A DNA stretch of 64,000 nucleotides from a virus (taxonomy: Duplodnaviria > Caudoviricetes), in IMG/VR virus record IMGVR_UViG_3300031993_006627, positions 100,347 through 164,346 of that record. One strand, written 5' to 3'. This document shows positions 29,676 to 40,428 of the stretch, one piece after another. Under the pieces are notes generated by a model. That model was not told where the DNA came from. It was given only the letters and a program-made list of their open reading frames with translations, and searched no databases. The position numbers and the translations under genes are program-made. Position 1 is the first letter of the stretch. Each line of letters begins with the position of its first letter.

Positions 29676-31145
29676 ATGCCGGAAGTCATCATCGCAGGCA
29701 ATACAGTTACATTTGATTCTATTGCGGCCGGAAGCTGCACGAACCTGGATGTGTCCGGGGACACAGTCAGCCTTGGCCTGGACATGGATGCGATTCGAGA
29801 AAGGATCAGAAGCTCTGCTGTCTATAGCATAAACGGTGTTTACGGCAGATCTGATGGTTCCTTCTTCATCAATGGCTCCGATTGCGACAGCTGGGGTTAT
29901 ATCGAGGGGAGCACAGCGTTCCCTATGAACGAACAGCCCCCGATCTATAAGTATGACGAGGACGGCGTGATGACAGATGTACCGGATACAGAGGCTTCTG
30001 GCATCTGGATCACAGATCTGTGCCCGGCTTGCCAGACTTGCGATGAGATCTACCAGATCAAGCAGGGCATCGAGCAACTGGATGTCTTCATCAACATGAT
30101 CAAGGATGTTGAGCTGCACGATGATGCGCAACTGCAAGCAAACAAGGCGGAACTTGAGGCACTTGCGATTGATGGCGGTACACAGTGCACCAACTCGTGG
30201 GGTATCATAGACCCGATGAAGGGCATGCAGCTCCTGCAGCAGTACATCACGGTTGCTCATATGTGGAACTACGCAGTGGTTCAGAACAATGCCAGTTTCA
30301 AACTGGAAATTGCTCCGGAAGATACAGCAGGTTTCGTCGTGCAAACAAAACGTGCTCTGCCGAATTGTGACGAGAACTGGTGGATTCGGTGCACCATAAC
30401 AATCACATACGATCAGGCAATAAGCGACAGTGGTGTACCGGTAGCGAAACAAGATCTAAGTGTTTATGTGCCGGAACCAATTCTGCATTTCAAACCATTT
30501 ACGCACTATGATGCAGAGTCTTCCACGGGTCTTCCAGAATCTGTAGAACCTATCGGAGGAGGCACAGCAACAACTATTTACGCGGATGACGCCGCATTAA
30601 ACGGAGCGAAAGCCACGCTTACATATCCTGTACCTGGTGTGTCCGGTCAAAGCTATACTAGAAAGGTCATCCAAACAGACAGGATCGTGGCACGTGTAAG
30701 TGGTACATATGAAGTCACAGTCAAGGTACTTCCTTTCAGGAATTGTGTGCTAAGGGACGAGAACGGAGACGTGGTGACGATTCGCGGTGCCCTGATAAAT
30801 ATAACCGGGCAGACCACCGCAGATGGTAAGTACGTTGTATATCCAGGTTACACATGTGATCCAGAATCTCCGGCTATTCTGAATCCTACGAAAGAAGACT
30901 ATCTCAATGCTAAAACGGCACCATCCGTTTCGGTTCCATTGAACAATGTTTGGAAGGTGCATATTATATGGGAAGTGGGCGAAGTAGGGGACACCAGTGG
31001 CTACAACTACTTCGAATACGAGGAAACTCGCCTGTACACCTGCACAGGAGCACGGGACTATGCTGTACAGGCTGCTGTAACCGGGTCAACAGTACCAGTA
31101 GATATAGAGATCGAGCCTTCAACCAGTAGTATAGCAGGAGTTTGA
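29676..31145 (+). CDS. Tail fibre-associated protein
   Basis: VYSINGV repeat; DLCPACQTC followed by a coiled coil. Confidence 0.5.
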   Translation: MPEVIIAGNTVTFDSIAAGSCTNLDVSGDTVSLGLDMDAIRERIRSSAVYSINGVYGRSDGSFFINGSDCDSWGYIEGSTAFPMNEQPPIYKYDEDGVMTDVPDTEASGIWITDLCPACQTCDEIYQIKQGIEQLDVFINMIKDVELHDDAQLQANKAELEALAIDGGTQCTNSWGIIDPMKGMQLLQQYITVAHMWNYAVVQNNASFKLEIAPEDTAGFVVQTKRALPNCDENWWIRCTITITYDQAISDSGVPVAKQDLSVYVPEPILHFKPFTHYDAESSTGLPESVEPIGGGTATTIYADDAALNGAKATLTYPVPGVSGQSYTRKVIQTDRIVARVSGTYEVTVKVLPFRNCVLRDENGDVVTIRGALINITGQTTADGKYVVYPGYTCDPESPAILNPTKEDYLNAKTAPSVSVPLNNVWKVHIIWEVGEVGDTSGYNYFEYEETRLYTCTGARDYAVQAAVTGSTVPVDIEIEPSTSSIAGV

Positions 31146-31147
31146 GG

Positions 31148-31978
31148 ATGATAACTCATATCAACGACAGGAAACTGTCGGAATATCCTTTCTTCGATAT
31201 CGGTCAGGCGCCATTTCCGCCTGGATGTATCAAGCAGCTTGGTGTCTGCATTACAGGTGAGACCACAGGTCTCGCCTTGTATGCCAGCGCTATCACGGTC
31301 TCCATGGATGGTGTCCTGGTGTCACTCTGCAGGGACGTGCAGGGCAGTGACTCCGGTGAAGTACTCGGCTCTGTATATGCTCAAGCCTCTTCCGGCTCAG
31401 TCAGTATGGAATTGACTGGGGGAACGGTCCACGGATCGGTCAGCATGCTGATTGACAAAAGCATGCTTCAGAACTCCTACGGGAGCTACAACGGAAAATT
31501 CTACCTGGATCCCAGTTGCGTGACGTACATGGGAGCAGATGTCCAAGGAAGCCTGGAACAAATCAATATCAACGGCACAACATTCGCCGCCGCGCAATCC
31601 CTTGACTTCAGTACGATGGGCGATGTTCTGGAACTCGATGTACAGGGCCAAACCGCCTATCTCATAGGAACAGCCGATGTAGATTCCTATGCCTTGGTGG
31701 ACGAGGTCCAGGACAATAGCAGTAAGGTTCAGACGATCAATGAGCTGTCCATCACAGGTAACACCGAAACGTACCCGGCATTTACACTGGAAGCAGCGGG
31801 CTCTACGACTTCGACCGGATCTATATATTATCCAATTACCATCGTTCCTTTGCGTGGGAGCACAACGAGTGCATCTGATCTGATTTTGGAACTAACTGGC
31901 GGGACCGCTTTCCCGCATTGCTACTCTTCGAAGGATGAATCGGAGGCGACCTATGTTGCAGATAACGAACAATCTTGA
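31148..31978 (+). CDS. Tail fibre-associated protein
   Basis: SEYPF N-terminal motif; VQTINE repeat. Confidence 0.5.
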   Translation: MITHINDRKLSEYPFFDIGQAPFPPGCIKQLGVCITGETTGLALYASAITVSMDGVLVSLCRDVQGSDSGEVLGSVYAQASSGSVSMELTGGTVHGSVSMLIDKSMLQNSYGSYNGKFYLDPSCVTYMGADVQGSLEQININGTTFAAAQSLDFSTMGDVLELDVQGQTAYLIGTADVDSYALVDEVQDNSSKVQTINELSITGNTETYPAFTLEAAGSTTSTGSIYYPITIVPLRGSTTSASDLILELTGGTAFPHCYSSKDESEATYVADNEQS

Positions 31979-32723
31979 TAGAACGGACGAAGCGGCTAGC
32001 TCCAACTGGCCGTTTACCTACGAGAGTACGCTGGATACCGGCGATGGTAAACTTACGACAGACAGTTTCCTGGCGATCTCCGTGAATGTCGATGAAACAA
32101 CGTCGCTTCCCTGTAGGTTCAAGGGCGTGTCTTCAGACGGTCGCCTGATCATCTGTGATGCGGGCGGCATGGAGATCTGCAGCGGCCAGCTCTTCGACAA
32201 AACGACCAGCGATGACATCTGCTCGTTCTTTCTGTACAACCGGTACGGCATTCTGTGCGGGTTCATTTCCTGCAAGAAGGATGTTCCGCAACAGCTGTTC
32301 GCCCTTTCCAAGTACACGAATGATATGCACTACTTTGGAGCTTCCGCATTCGTGTTTCTTCCCCAGTGTCATGTCCAGTCTGCCCAGGGAAATGTGCGCA
32401 GCTTCGGCATCGATGGTCAGTACACTACGGCAGACCTGCATATCAAATGCTCTCAGCCGGTTACAGGGTCTACGGTGGCCCTGCACAATGTAATTCCAGA
32501 GACCAATGGAACCGCAGGCTTCTCCTTCGGTGTCTATAATGTCGATCAGGAGCCTCCGAGAAACGGATGGTGCAGGGTGATCGTTGTCAGCGGCGGTTCT
32601 ACAGTAGGCACCTATAACGTGGAAGACAAGCACATTATTATCAAGGCTGCTTGCGCATCGAATCTGCGTGTCGTGGATGCAGACGCTGCGATTATTTTGA
32701 GAGGTGTCCAAGATGCGCAATAA
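31953..32723 (+). CDS. Tail fibre-associated protein
   Basis: SNWPF motif; GGAGG RBS before ATG 31953. Confidence 0.5.
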   Translation: MLQITNNLDRTDEAASSNWPFTYESTLDTGDGKLTTDSFLAISVNVDETTSLPCRFKGVSSDGRLIICDAGGMEICSGQLFDKTTSDDICSFFLYNRYGILCGFISCKKDVPQQLFALSKYTNDMHYFGASAFVFLPQCHVQSAQGNVRSFGIDGQYTTADLHIKCSQPVTGSTVALHNVIPETNGTAGFSFGVYNVDQEPPRNGWCRVIVVSGGSTVGTYNVEDKHIIIKAACASNLRVVDADAAIILRGVQDAQ

Positions 32724-33495
32724 CAACCTGAAAGACCTGTACATCACCTATCCGTTCATGCCTGTGGAATCTGCGCCGGACTGGTACAAAGATGTGAAGT
32801 TCATGCGCATCATGGTAACGCTCCCAGCCATGCAACCTGTGGCATCGAGCAGCAACGGGGATCACATCGTGGCAACATTGACTGCGATAACTCCAACGGC
32901 CGCCACGGTGAAGGTTATGTGTGCTATTTATGGCTACACAGAAGAGGATCCTTTGATCATAGATGACATCCCGGTGTTCACGGGTGGGATTCCGACTGGA
33001 AATTCTTACCTGTACACGGATACCACGTTGCCAACATTGTCCGGTCTTTCCTGCAGAATCCATCCGAGTTGCCTTGCATTCCAGCAGCGAGCGCCGAAAC
33101 TGACCATCGAAGGTTCTACCACAGGTACTCCGCCGAATGTTATGCTGGAGTATGGAACCGGTGTTGTTCCACAATGGATCGTGGCGGATGCCATAGAAGC
33201 CTATGAAGTGGACGATGTTCTGTGGCTCACGAACGGTCATAATGTGGAAGTCTCCGGATCTTCCGACAGTGTTCTATTTACAGGCGCTCCTGGGGCCGGC
33301 AAAGGTATGTGGGAGACAGACCCATATACAAGAGCGCCATCCTACAACGGCTACCTTGGAAAGGCTCTGAGGAGCATTAACGGGCATTCTGGTATCATGC
33401 TCCTGCAAGGAGACAGGTCCGTTGATATCACTGCAGGGCGAACCGGCGAAACCTATTACGACAAGCTGATTATCAAGAAAGCTGAACAAGCATGA
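32713..33495 (+). CDS. Tail fibre-associated protein
   Basis: ITYPF motif; LRSING repeat. Confidence 0.5.
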   Translation: MRNNNLKDLYITYPFMPVESAPDWYKDVKFMRIMVTLPAMQPVASSSNGDHIVATLTAITPTAATVKVMCAIYGYTEEDPLIIDDIPVFTGGIPTGNSYLYTDTTLPTLSGLSCRIHPSCLAFQQRAPKLTIEGSTTGTPPNVMLEYGTGVVPQWIVADAIEAYEVDDVLWLTNGHNVEVSGSSDSVLFTGAPGAGKGMWETDPYTRAPSYNGYLGKALRSINGHSGIMLLQGDRSVDITAGRTGETYYDKLIIKKAEQA

Positions 33496-36400
33496 TTCGT
33501 ATCAAATCAAATAAGTGCGGTTACAGGGGATACTCTTGCGAGGGTATCCCAAGTCTTACCAGTGGTGGCATGTTCGACAGCGATCTTGTATCAGAACTGG
33601 ATGCAGAGTTTGCCAAATTGCCTGTTAAAATCAAGGGCATGGTCTTCACGGAAGAGACCATCGACATGGGGTGGAACGGCCAGAAACACCCGGAAGTTGC
33701 CGAGTTGTCTTGTCGGAGCGACACGGATCCTGAATCGGAGGATACAAACGTGTCCATTTGGGGTGCCACGGGCATTCCTGTCGAGATAAACGGGAGCACC
33801 TATTATTACCCGGTGTACGGCGGTACAAACGGCTGGGCTGATTTGTACAATGTCAAGGTGGAGGGTTCCACACAGTATTTCTACAGGAATACTGAAACTG
33901 GCGTTTTGGCGGCCACGTCTGATGTTTATCTGAAGTGCGATGGCGGCACCTTCCATAATATCTTCGATGTCACTGATCATATCCCGGAGTTCGTCCGTGG
34001 TTGCACGGCATATCTGACCGGTGGTACCGAGTACGAGATGAGCCCAGGTCTCCTGGAGCCCATGCTGGATACAGACTTCGATCCAGTCGGTATTGACACG
34101 ATTACGTCGATGGATGCTGGTCTGGATGCCGTCACATTCAACAATATCGTGATAAGCAACTGGCGAGGGGTCGTTGATGATCGCTTCCGCAACGTGTATG
34201 CCAGATTGAATAGTATTCCGATAGGGTCTACGGATTATAGCTTGAGAGATCTCAAGAACGAAGAATATGATGAATCTCTATGCGACAACTTCCGCATTAT
34301 ACTGTCGAATGCAAACGGACAAGCTCTTCAGACACTTGGACATACTGTTGCAAATGTTTACACCGTAAGCGATGGCGTTGTTTCTGTCGATGATGCGACC
34401 ATAGGAGTTACAGGGAAAACAGGTATCTCTGCACCCTTCTATGCCTGGGTAGAGCTCAGCGGTACTACGGACGCAACAGTTGGTCAGCAGGACAGGAAAC
34501 AGCTCACGTTTACGACAACGGATGGCTCCTACATCCAGGGCAGCACAGTAAACGGTGGCGAGATTGTCAACAAGACCTCTGTCACAGACCAGACCACAGG
34601 CATTACGACATATACGTACACGATTCGTTATGCTGAAGGTGACAATAGACCCTATGGCGTGTTTCTGTTCACATCTCCGATATGTCCTGAACCTGCGGAA
34701 TATCTGGAGATGGTTGGCGGCGTTTCTGTTATTGATGGTGGCACGAACAGTGATTCATTGCGCTTGTATAAGGTGTTCGAAGGCGAGTGCGTTCCCTCCT
34801 TCAGTATTCAGACAGAAGCACCGACGGCAGATGTGAATACGCATTATCCACCTGTGCCTTCTGGAGCAACGTACAGTGCCCCGGATTATGACCCTGGTGT
34901 TGTTTATCCCTACGACAACATTGTGTCTGGTACCACGGCTGGGCAGCCTATTGAAGGTAGCACGGAAACCACTACTGGGTGGGGACATTCTGCATACGTT
35001 CCGACCGTGAATGCAACATATGAATTCGTACACAGTGAGGTCTACGGGTCAACGGCTGTAGCCCCTGCGCAGGCGCTTGCCTATGCTTATGTGACACAAG
35101 GTGGAGAGGCTCTCAGTACAACATATGACATCCTTGAGGATGACATTCTGTTCACAGAGCCATATCGAAATATGGAGACTCCCGCGCAGAGCGCTATTGA
35201 TTCGGCCTACGGCGTAGAAAGAGCATCCTATGAAGATCTCCAGGTGAAGACAGCGGCTTGGGAATCGGCAGGTAGCCCGACTGATCCCTCTGATCCGAAC
35301 TATGCGACGTACACAGCGTATCTGGAAGCATTGCAGACCTGGCGTATTGACTCCACAAATTATGACACAGTGTCAGCTGGAGCAATCTGTTCTGTAATAG
35401 GTGGAACACCTGGTACAGTTTACGCCCTAACAGAACTTGTTTTCAGCGGTGGTGGTATTGTTTGTCCGACGAATGCGGATGTAACGGTTCCATCTGTTGA
35501 TGCGGTTGCTGTCTATGTTCACGGAGATTACGCACTTGGTCAGTGGGGCACGGTCTCATACCCAGATGAAGGGGAATCGTTTGATCCCTATGTAGCACAC
35601 GGAGATCCCGGCACGGTCTATACTGTGGATAATGTGGATAAAGCTGTGTATGATGCCGGCGGTGACAACGGGTACTATTACAGCGAAGTTCCGACTGTAC
35701 GGGCCATGGTGAATTATGTGGCAGAACATGGTGGTGGACAAGTAGAAGAATCACAATCTGGTCATCTAACGATTACCGGATATACGGATTCTGAAACTGG
35801 GACTATAGTCTACGGAGAAACCTGGAGTCGTGTTGCTCCCGATTATCTGCCGAAGCGCGGCACAGTCGAAGTTGCTCAGGAGATTCTTGTCGGAGCTACG
35901 CCGTCATTGACCAATCAGGCTGTTCCATCCGTGAATGCAATCTATAAGTTCATTCACAGTGAGGAAATCAATGGGGAGACAGCCTCCGAAACAGGTTTCG
36001 TGCAGGCATTAGCAAGCCGGACCACACTTATTAGACATATAATTGGTGGTGGCAAATCCGGGGATCGCCTATCAGGTGGTACACCAGGTACGACTTGGGT
36101 AGCTGCGAACATATATGTCGGTAATGAAGAAACGGATCGTGCTGGTTCAGTATTAGCAGTTCCTACCGCTGAGGCTGTATTTAGATTTGTACACAATGGT
36201 AGTGAGGCCTCTTACGGATATGATTCAAATTATGCCTTTTCCACTGCTACAGCTGACAATATGGTGGATGTTGGTGTAGGTGTACAGCCTATTAAAGGCA
36301 CAAATAGCGTTGTTGGTACGTATTATGTGGCAAAAGACATAATTACACAGGACGTAGCCCAAACAGGAGGTGGTACGTCTACTCTCACAGCTACAAACTG

Positions 36401-37457
36401 TGTTCCAACGGCACAAGCTGTTGTTACATACGTGAAAGGTCTTGGCATTGGTCCTTCGGATTCTGGTACCCTTAAAGTTACGCGAATAGAAGACACCACA
36501 GAAGAACCACCTACGGTCACAATTACGGAAGGTTGGAATGATCCTCAACCAACGAGAGGTACAGTTCAAGTAGCCAAAGGTATTTTAGTTGCTGCTGATG
36601 AGACCAAGCGTAATCTTACTACGCAAGCAGTACCATCCGTAAACGCAGTTTTCAAGTTCATACATGGTACATCTGTATATGTAGCTGGCTCTACAGAATA
36701 CGCTTATGCACTTGCACGGCCTGGTCTTATCAAACTCGGTACTACTTCACCGTATGTGGATGGCTGGGATTCGACAGATGGAGGAGAACCGGGTACTACA
36801 TACATAGCGAAAAACATCTGTGTCAATCCTGGCGCCGCGTCCACGGTGGGCGTACCTACTGTGCAGGCTGTATATGCCTTCGTGCATGAAATATCCATTG
36901 CTGCCCCGGCGGCTGGAGCAACGGCATCGCGTGCCATCGCCACAGGTGCATCGGTAACAGCTCCCGCATCTGGTACTGTGGCAACGCTCACGACAGGAGC
37001 AACACCAGGTACCTGCTATGTTGTAACAGATATGAGAGGCATGCAAGGTGCCGGCGTAACCCTGTCCACCTCGTATACAGTTGGCGGCGTTGCCTGCACA
37101 CTTGCCAGTGTTGTCCCGACAGTGGAAGCTGTAAAGGGATATGTTGATCTGGTTGCGGGTGAAGGCGGCGGTTATGATGGGCCATTCAAAGTTAATGATG
37201 ATGGCACTGTGGAGGGTGGCGATGTTTATTTTGCCGGTGCTTCCATTTGCACAGCTGCGAAGCGGACAACAGCTCTAACAGCTGGGCAAACGGCATGGGT
37301 TGTTGTAACAAAAAGTGGTTCCACCTATACAGCAACTATCGGAACAGCTTCTTCTAATACCGCAACAACAGTTTCTTATCCGGTGGCAAAAAACGTAAGC
37401 GGCACTATGACGCAGCTACACTATGGGGCACTCAATATAACTGGTCGCTGGATGTAA
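33492..37457 (+). CDS. Large tail fibre / receptor-binding protein with 9 internal repeats
   Basis: 1321 aa, Thr/Gly-rich; repeated G-T-x-[YW]...VP[ST]-x-x-A-x-x-x-[FY]-[VI]. Confidence 0.7.
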   Translation: MIRIKSNKCGYRGYSCEGIPSLTSGGMFDSDLVSELDAEFAKLPVKIKGMVFTEETIDMGWNGQKHPEVAELSCRSDTDPESEDTNVSIWGATGIPVEINGSTYYYPVYGGTNGWADLYNVKVEGSTQYFYRNTETGVLAATSDVYLKCDGGTFHNIFDVTDHIPEFVRGCTAYLTGGTEYEMSPGLLEPMLDTDFDPVGIDTITSMDAGLDAVTFNNIVISNWRGVVDDRFRNVYARLNSIPIGSTDYSLRDLKNEEYDESLCDNFRIILSNANGQALQTLGHTVANVYTVSDGVVSVDDATIGVTGKTGISAPFYAWVELSGTTDATVGQQDRKQLTFTTTDGSYIQGSTVNGGEIVNKTSVTDQTTGITTYTYTIRYAEGDNRPYGVFLFTSPICPEPAEYLEMVGGVSVIDGGTNSDSLRLYKVFEGECVPSFSIQTEAPTADVNTHYPPVPSGATYSAPDYDPGVVYPYDNIVSGTTAGQPIEGSTETTTGWGHSAYVPTVNATYEFVHSEVYGSTAVAPAQALAYAYVTQGGEALSTTYDILEDDILFTEPYRNMETPAQSAIDSAYGVERASYEDLQVKTAAWESAGSPTDPSDPNYATYTAYLEALQTWRIDSTNYDTVSAGAICSVIGGTPGTVYALTELVFSGGGIVCPTNADVTVPSVDAVAVYVHGDYALGQWGTVSYPDEGESFDPYVAHGDPGTVYTVDNVDKAVYDAGGDNGYYYSEVPTVRAMVNYVAEHGGGQVEESQSGHLTITGYTDSETGTIVYGETWSRVAPDYLPKRGTVEVAQEILVGATPSLTNQAVPSVNAIYKFIHSEEINGETASETGFVQALASRTTLIRHIIGGGKSGDRLSGGTPGTTWVAANIYVGNEETDRAGSVLAVPTAEAVFRFVHNGSEASYGYDSNYAFSTATADNMVDVGVGVQPIKGTNSVVGTYYVAKDIITQDVAQTGGGTSTLTATNCVPTAQAVVTYVKGLGIGPSDSGTLKVTRIEDTTEEPPTVTITEGWNDPQPTRGTVQVAKGILVAADETKRNLTTQAVPSVNAVFKFIHGTSVYVAGSTEYAYALARPGLIKLGTTSPYVDGWDSTDGGEPGTTYIAKNICVNPGAASTVGVPTVQAVYAFVHEISIAAPAAGATASRAIATGASVTAPASGTVATLTTGATPGTCYVVTDMRGMQGAGVTLSTSYTVGGVACTLASVVPTVEAVKGYVDLVAGEGGGYDGPFKVNDDGTVEGGDVYFAGASICTAAKRTTALTAGQTAWVVVTKSGSTYTATIGTASSNTATTVSYPVAKNVSGTMTQLHYGALNITGRWM

Positions 37458-37471
37458 TCTCGGTATAGTAA

Positions 37472-37503
37472 CCCCGTAGCTACATAACCGCAAACTACGG
37501 GGG
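37472..37503 (+). terminator. Hairpin ending the virion operon
   Basis: CCCCGTAG...CTACGGGG inverted repeat; weak U tract. Confidence 0.45.
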
Positions 37504-37513
37504 AATTTCTACC

Positions 37514-38245
37514 ATGCCGACCTTCGGGTGTCATTCATGTCCATACACGCCATCACCACAAGTACCATATGAAGAATCCCCATGTGCCACTTGCAAACTG
37601 GCCGTGGAGACATACAACACACATCGACCGGCGCTCTTCGACAGCGGGAACCCACTGGATGATGACGAGAGCGAATTCCTCGGCGTCGAGGACAAGGATC
37701 TCCAGAACATCGATGAACGGGATCCGGATGCAAAAATCCTGAAAAAAGTCAAGGAGGCCAAAGACACCGTTGGTATCCTGAAGGATGTTATTGAGAAACA
37801 GGTGTTCCTTGCCGCCTCCGGGATGACCCTTAGTCTCCTGAAGATGGCCAAGGAAAGCCCAATCATGTTCGAGATCCTCATTAAGAAGATGCAGTATCCC
37901 TACCTGAGCTATTCCGAGATCGGCAACAGCATGAATCCGAAATGTTCCAAGCAGAATGTGCTATATCACCTAAAACACGCTGTGGAACTCTATCCGGAAC
38001 TGAATTCGGCCATCCTGACAGATACGCGCTTCTCGGCCGGCCATTATGCGTTGAAGACAATCGCCGACAGGAACAGGCAGAACAAATGCAAACAGAGAAT
38101 CCAGGGGATCCTTTATGGGGAAGCGAACCCTGGATTTATTGCAAAGAGCCTGCAGGAGATCGGTAAGATCTGTGCGATGCCCTTCATGGTCACTGACGAG
38201 GTGATCAACTTCAATCCGTTCATCGAAGACGAGATGCACGAATGA
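37514..38245 (+). CDS. Zn-finger plus HTH DNA-binding protein (WhiA C-terminal-like HTH)
   Basis: CHSC/CATC; YPYLSYSEIGNSMNPKCSKQNVLYHLK. Confidence 0.5.
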   Translation: MPTFGCHSCPYTPSPQVPYEESPCATCKLAVETYNTHRPALFDSGNPLDDDESEFLGVEDKDLQNIDERDPDAKILKKVKEAKDTVGILKDVIEKQVFLAASGMTLSLLKMAKESPIMFEILIKKMQYPYLSYSEIGNSMNPKCSKQNVLYHLKHAVELYPELNSAILTDTRFSAGHYALKTIADRNRQNKCKQRIQGILYGEANPGFIAKSLQEIGKICAMPFMVTDEVINFNPFIEDEMHE

Positions 38246-38682
38246 CACATAAGGAACTCGTCGCGTTGGCTGCCAGACAGCTCAAGCGTTGGCACTGCAT
38301 TCCTGTATGTACCGAACTTGTCTCCTATACCAGAACAGGTGAGATCCCGGATGCAATCGGCTGGACGGCCTATGTATCCATTATGTTCGAGTGCAAGACA
38401 TCCCGCACAGACTTTCTCCGGGACAAGCAGAAGTTGTTCCGGCAGTATGCTGATATGGGTGTGGGTGATTTCCGTTTCTACTTGACAACTCCCGGCGTCA
38501 TCAAATCAGCAGAGGAATTACCGGAGGGATGGGGCTGCTACGAGACCGAAAACGGCAAGATAAAGCACAAATTCGGCGTCCGGTATGACAACGCGGTTCC
38601 TCGCCCTTGCCAGGGCAGCAAAGTCAATGAAATCATAATCATGCGGTCATGGATCCGCAGACATCAAGGAGAACTCAAATGA
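38242..38682 (+). CDS. PD-(D/E)XK nuclease-like protein (MmcB-like)
   Basis: EIPDAIG...ECKTSRTDFLRD...LPEGWG. Confidence 0.65.
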   Translation: MTHKELVALAARQLKRWHCIPVCTELVSYTRTGEIPDAIGWTAYVSIMFECKTSRTDFLRDKQKLFRQYADMGVGDFRFYLTTPGVIKSAEELPEGWGCYETENGKIKHKFGVRYDNAVPRPCQGSKVNEIIIMRSWIRRHQGELK

Positions 38683-39848
38683 ATATCAAACTGCACGAAG
38701 ACGTCTACAAGGTCCAGGACCCCCGAATCAAGCGTATTTTAACCGGAGGCATGTCCCTGGAAACATTCGCGGCTACCATCGGGCCGAATGACCCCTTTGT
38801 TCTCATCCACGATACCATCTATGTGATGACGGAACAGGAATACTACTCCACCAGGGCCGTCTACCCGACGCACAAGCTGATGGATCACATGTTCACGCAC
38901 ATCATGAAGATGCCCGACCTGTCGATCTTCTCGGAAGAGGACCGGAAGAAGATCGAACATGTCAAAGAGACCTACCCGACTTGCCCTGTCTGCCAGCATC
39001 GCAAGTACCGCAGGATGCTCTACGAGATCGGCTTGAAGTACAATCTGCAGTCAGAGTTGAAAGACTGCCTGGATATCATGGAAAAGATCCCGCTGTATCC
39101 GGAGGTGAAAGGGGAAATCCGGCCCAATGTGACCGCACTCCTGCCGGATCTGCACAATGTCCCGGAAATCAAGCGCAAGGGCTGCATTGCCTGCGTTGAG
39201 AAGCATCTCTCCCAGGCATACATCCTGGCCGGCGAAACCGTGATGGGCTACCCGGAGCACCTGGTGCTTGTCGTCGGGCACCTGAACGAGGCCATCAGCG
39301 AGCTCCCGGACGAAGCCTTCATGATGAAGCAGACCCTGGAGTTCTGTGCGGCCAAGACTGTGGAAAGTGGGGTCCCGTTCGTGCCCATGTGGACCATTCT
39401 TTCCCAGCTCCTCTGGGTGCGCCGATCCATGCCGGTCGTGGAGACGGCAGACGAGCCCGTTTACGACATCGGGTTAGATTTTACACCTGAGGTGGAAAAA
39501 GAATACATCTATATGCCGGAGGACATAAGGGATCAGCTGGATAATCGCCTGGGCGATATCGACTTTGTCGTGCAGTGCTACAAAGAAAAACCGACCGAAG
39601 AAGGCCGGTTTACATTCTCTGGTTTGATGGCCAGCACTGCTGAGTTAATCGCTTCTGTGGCACCGAAGCTGGCTAACATGCTGCGAGACAGGCGATTGGC
39701 TTTTGTCGCTGCTCCGGATCTGATGGATGAGGCCGGTTATGGTATGAAGAAACTGTCACACCAGATGGACTTATGGGTGGGTCGAGATCTCGGTGTACAG
39801 CAGGGAGTCGCTGACGACACCACCGGAATCATCCTGGAGAGCAAATAG
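38679..39848 (+). CDS. Hypothetical protein with two CxxC motifs
   Basis: ATG at 38679 after AAGGAG. Confidence 0.6.
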   Translation: MNIKLHEDVYKVQDPRIKRILTGGMSLETFAATIGPNDPFVLIHDTIYVMTEQEYYSTRAVYPTHKLMDHMFTHIMKMPDLSIFSEEDRKKIEHVKETYPTCPVCQHRKYRRMLYEIGLKYNLQSELKDCLDIMEKIPLYPEVKGEIRPNVTALLPDLHNVPEIKRKGCIACVEKHLSQAYILAGETVMGYPEHLVLVVGHLNEAISELPDEAFMMKQTLEFCAAKTVESGVPFVPMWTILSQLLWVRRSMPVVETADEPVYDIGLDFTPEVEKEYIYMPEDIRDQLDNRLGDIDFVVQCYKEKPTEEGRFTFSGLMASTAELIASVAPKLANMLRDRRLAFVAAPDLMDEAGYGMKKLSHQMDLWVGRDLGVQQGVADDTTGIILESK

Positions 39849-40184
39849 CTGGTTGTACTCGCGAACCAGAGCATTAACGTCTTTCTCTATGGAGTGATAT
39901 GTCAGATCAGCCAGAACAGCCGTATCGAAGATCATTTCGATGCAATCCGTGCGGAAATAGCACTCGTCTTCCGGCTCATAGTCAGGGAATTCCACAAGTT
40001 CCGACGGAGAACATACATGGCTGAACCGATAGATGGGATCCAGAGTGTCGGTACTGCGTGGCAGGACCTCGATAGCGAAGACTGCGGATGTGATGTTTGT
40101 GCCTGTGGCTGTAATGGTGATCTTTACAGCCCCTTTGTCGGTTTTGACAGTTTCCTGACTGATTTCGATAGTTGCGACGGCCAT
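39771..40184 (-). CDS. Hypothetical protein
   Basis: GAGGAG RBS; convergent with the previous gene, 78-bp 3' overlap. Confidence 0.55.
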   Translation of the reverse strand: MAVATIEISQETVKTDKGAVKITITATGTNITSAVFAIEVLPRSTDTLDPIYRFSHVCSPSELVEFPDYEPEDECYFRTDCIEMIFDTAVLADLTYHSIEKDVNALVREYNQLFALQDDSGGVVSDSLLYTEISTHP

Positions 40185-40194
40185 GATGGACTCC

Positions 40195-40428
40195 TCACTT
40201 GATGACAATTCCGGTAATTGTGACAGGCAGCTTAAACAATGAAGCACAATGCGCTACGAACTCCGGTTTTGTCCGGTAACGGAGCACGGCTGCACGCAAG
40301 ATGCCGTTTATCTTTAAGGTACGTTGTCCGCAGGTACCGCAACGCTTCCAAGCAGCTGACGCAGCCTGTAACATAGGGAACCCGGCGGCCGGAGTGCTGA
40401 GGAGTTTGATTTCTTCTTTGGTCAACAT
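40195..40428 (-). CDS. Small hypothetical protein (CxxC)
   Basis: Co-oriented with the downstream minus-strand gene. Confidence 0.45.
   Translation of the reverse strand: MLTKEEIKLLSTPAAGFPMLQAASAAWKRCGTCGQRTLKINGILRAAVLRYRTKPEFVAHCASLFKLPVTITGIVIK

Noticed and set aside
29676-31145. YADD (TIYADDAAL) as a reverse transcriptase motif
   Set aside because: It is an isolated tetrapeptide in a Thr/Pro-rich tail protein with no other RT motifs.
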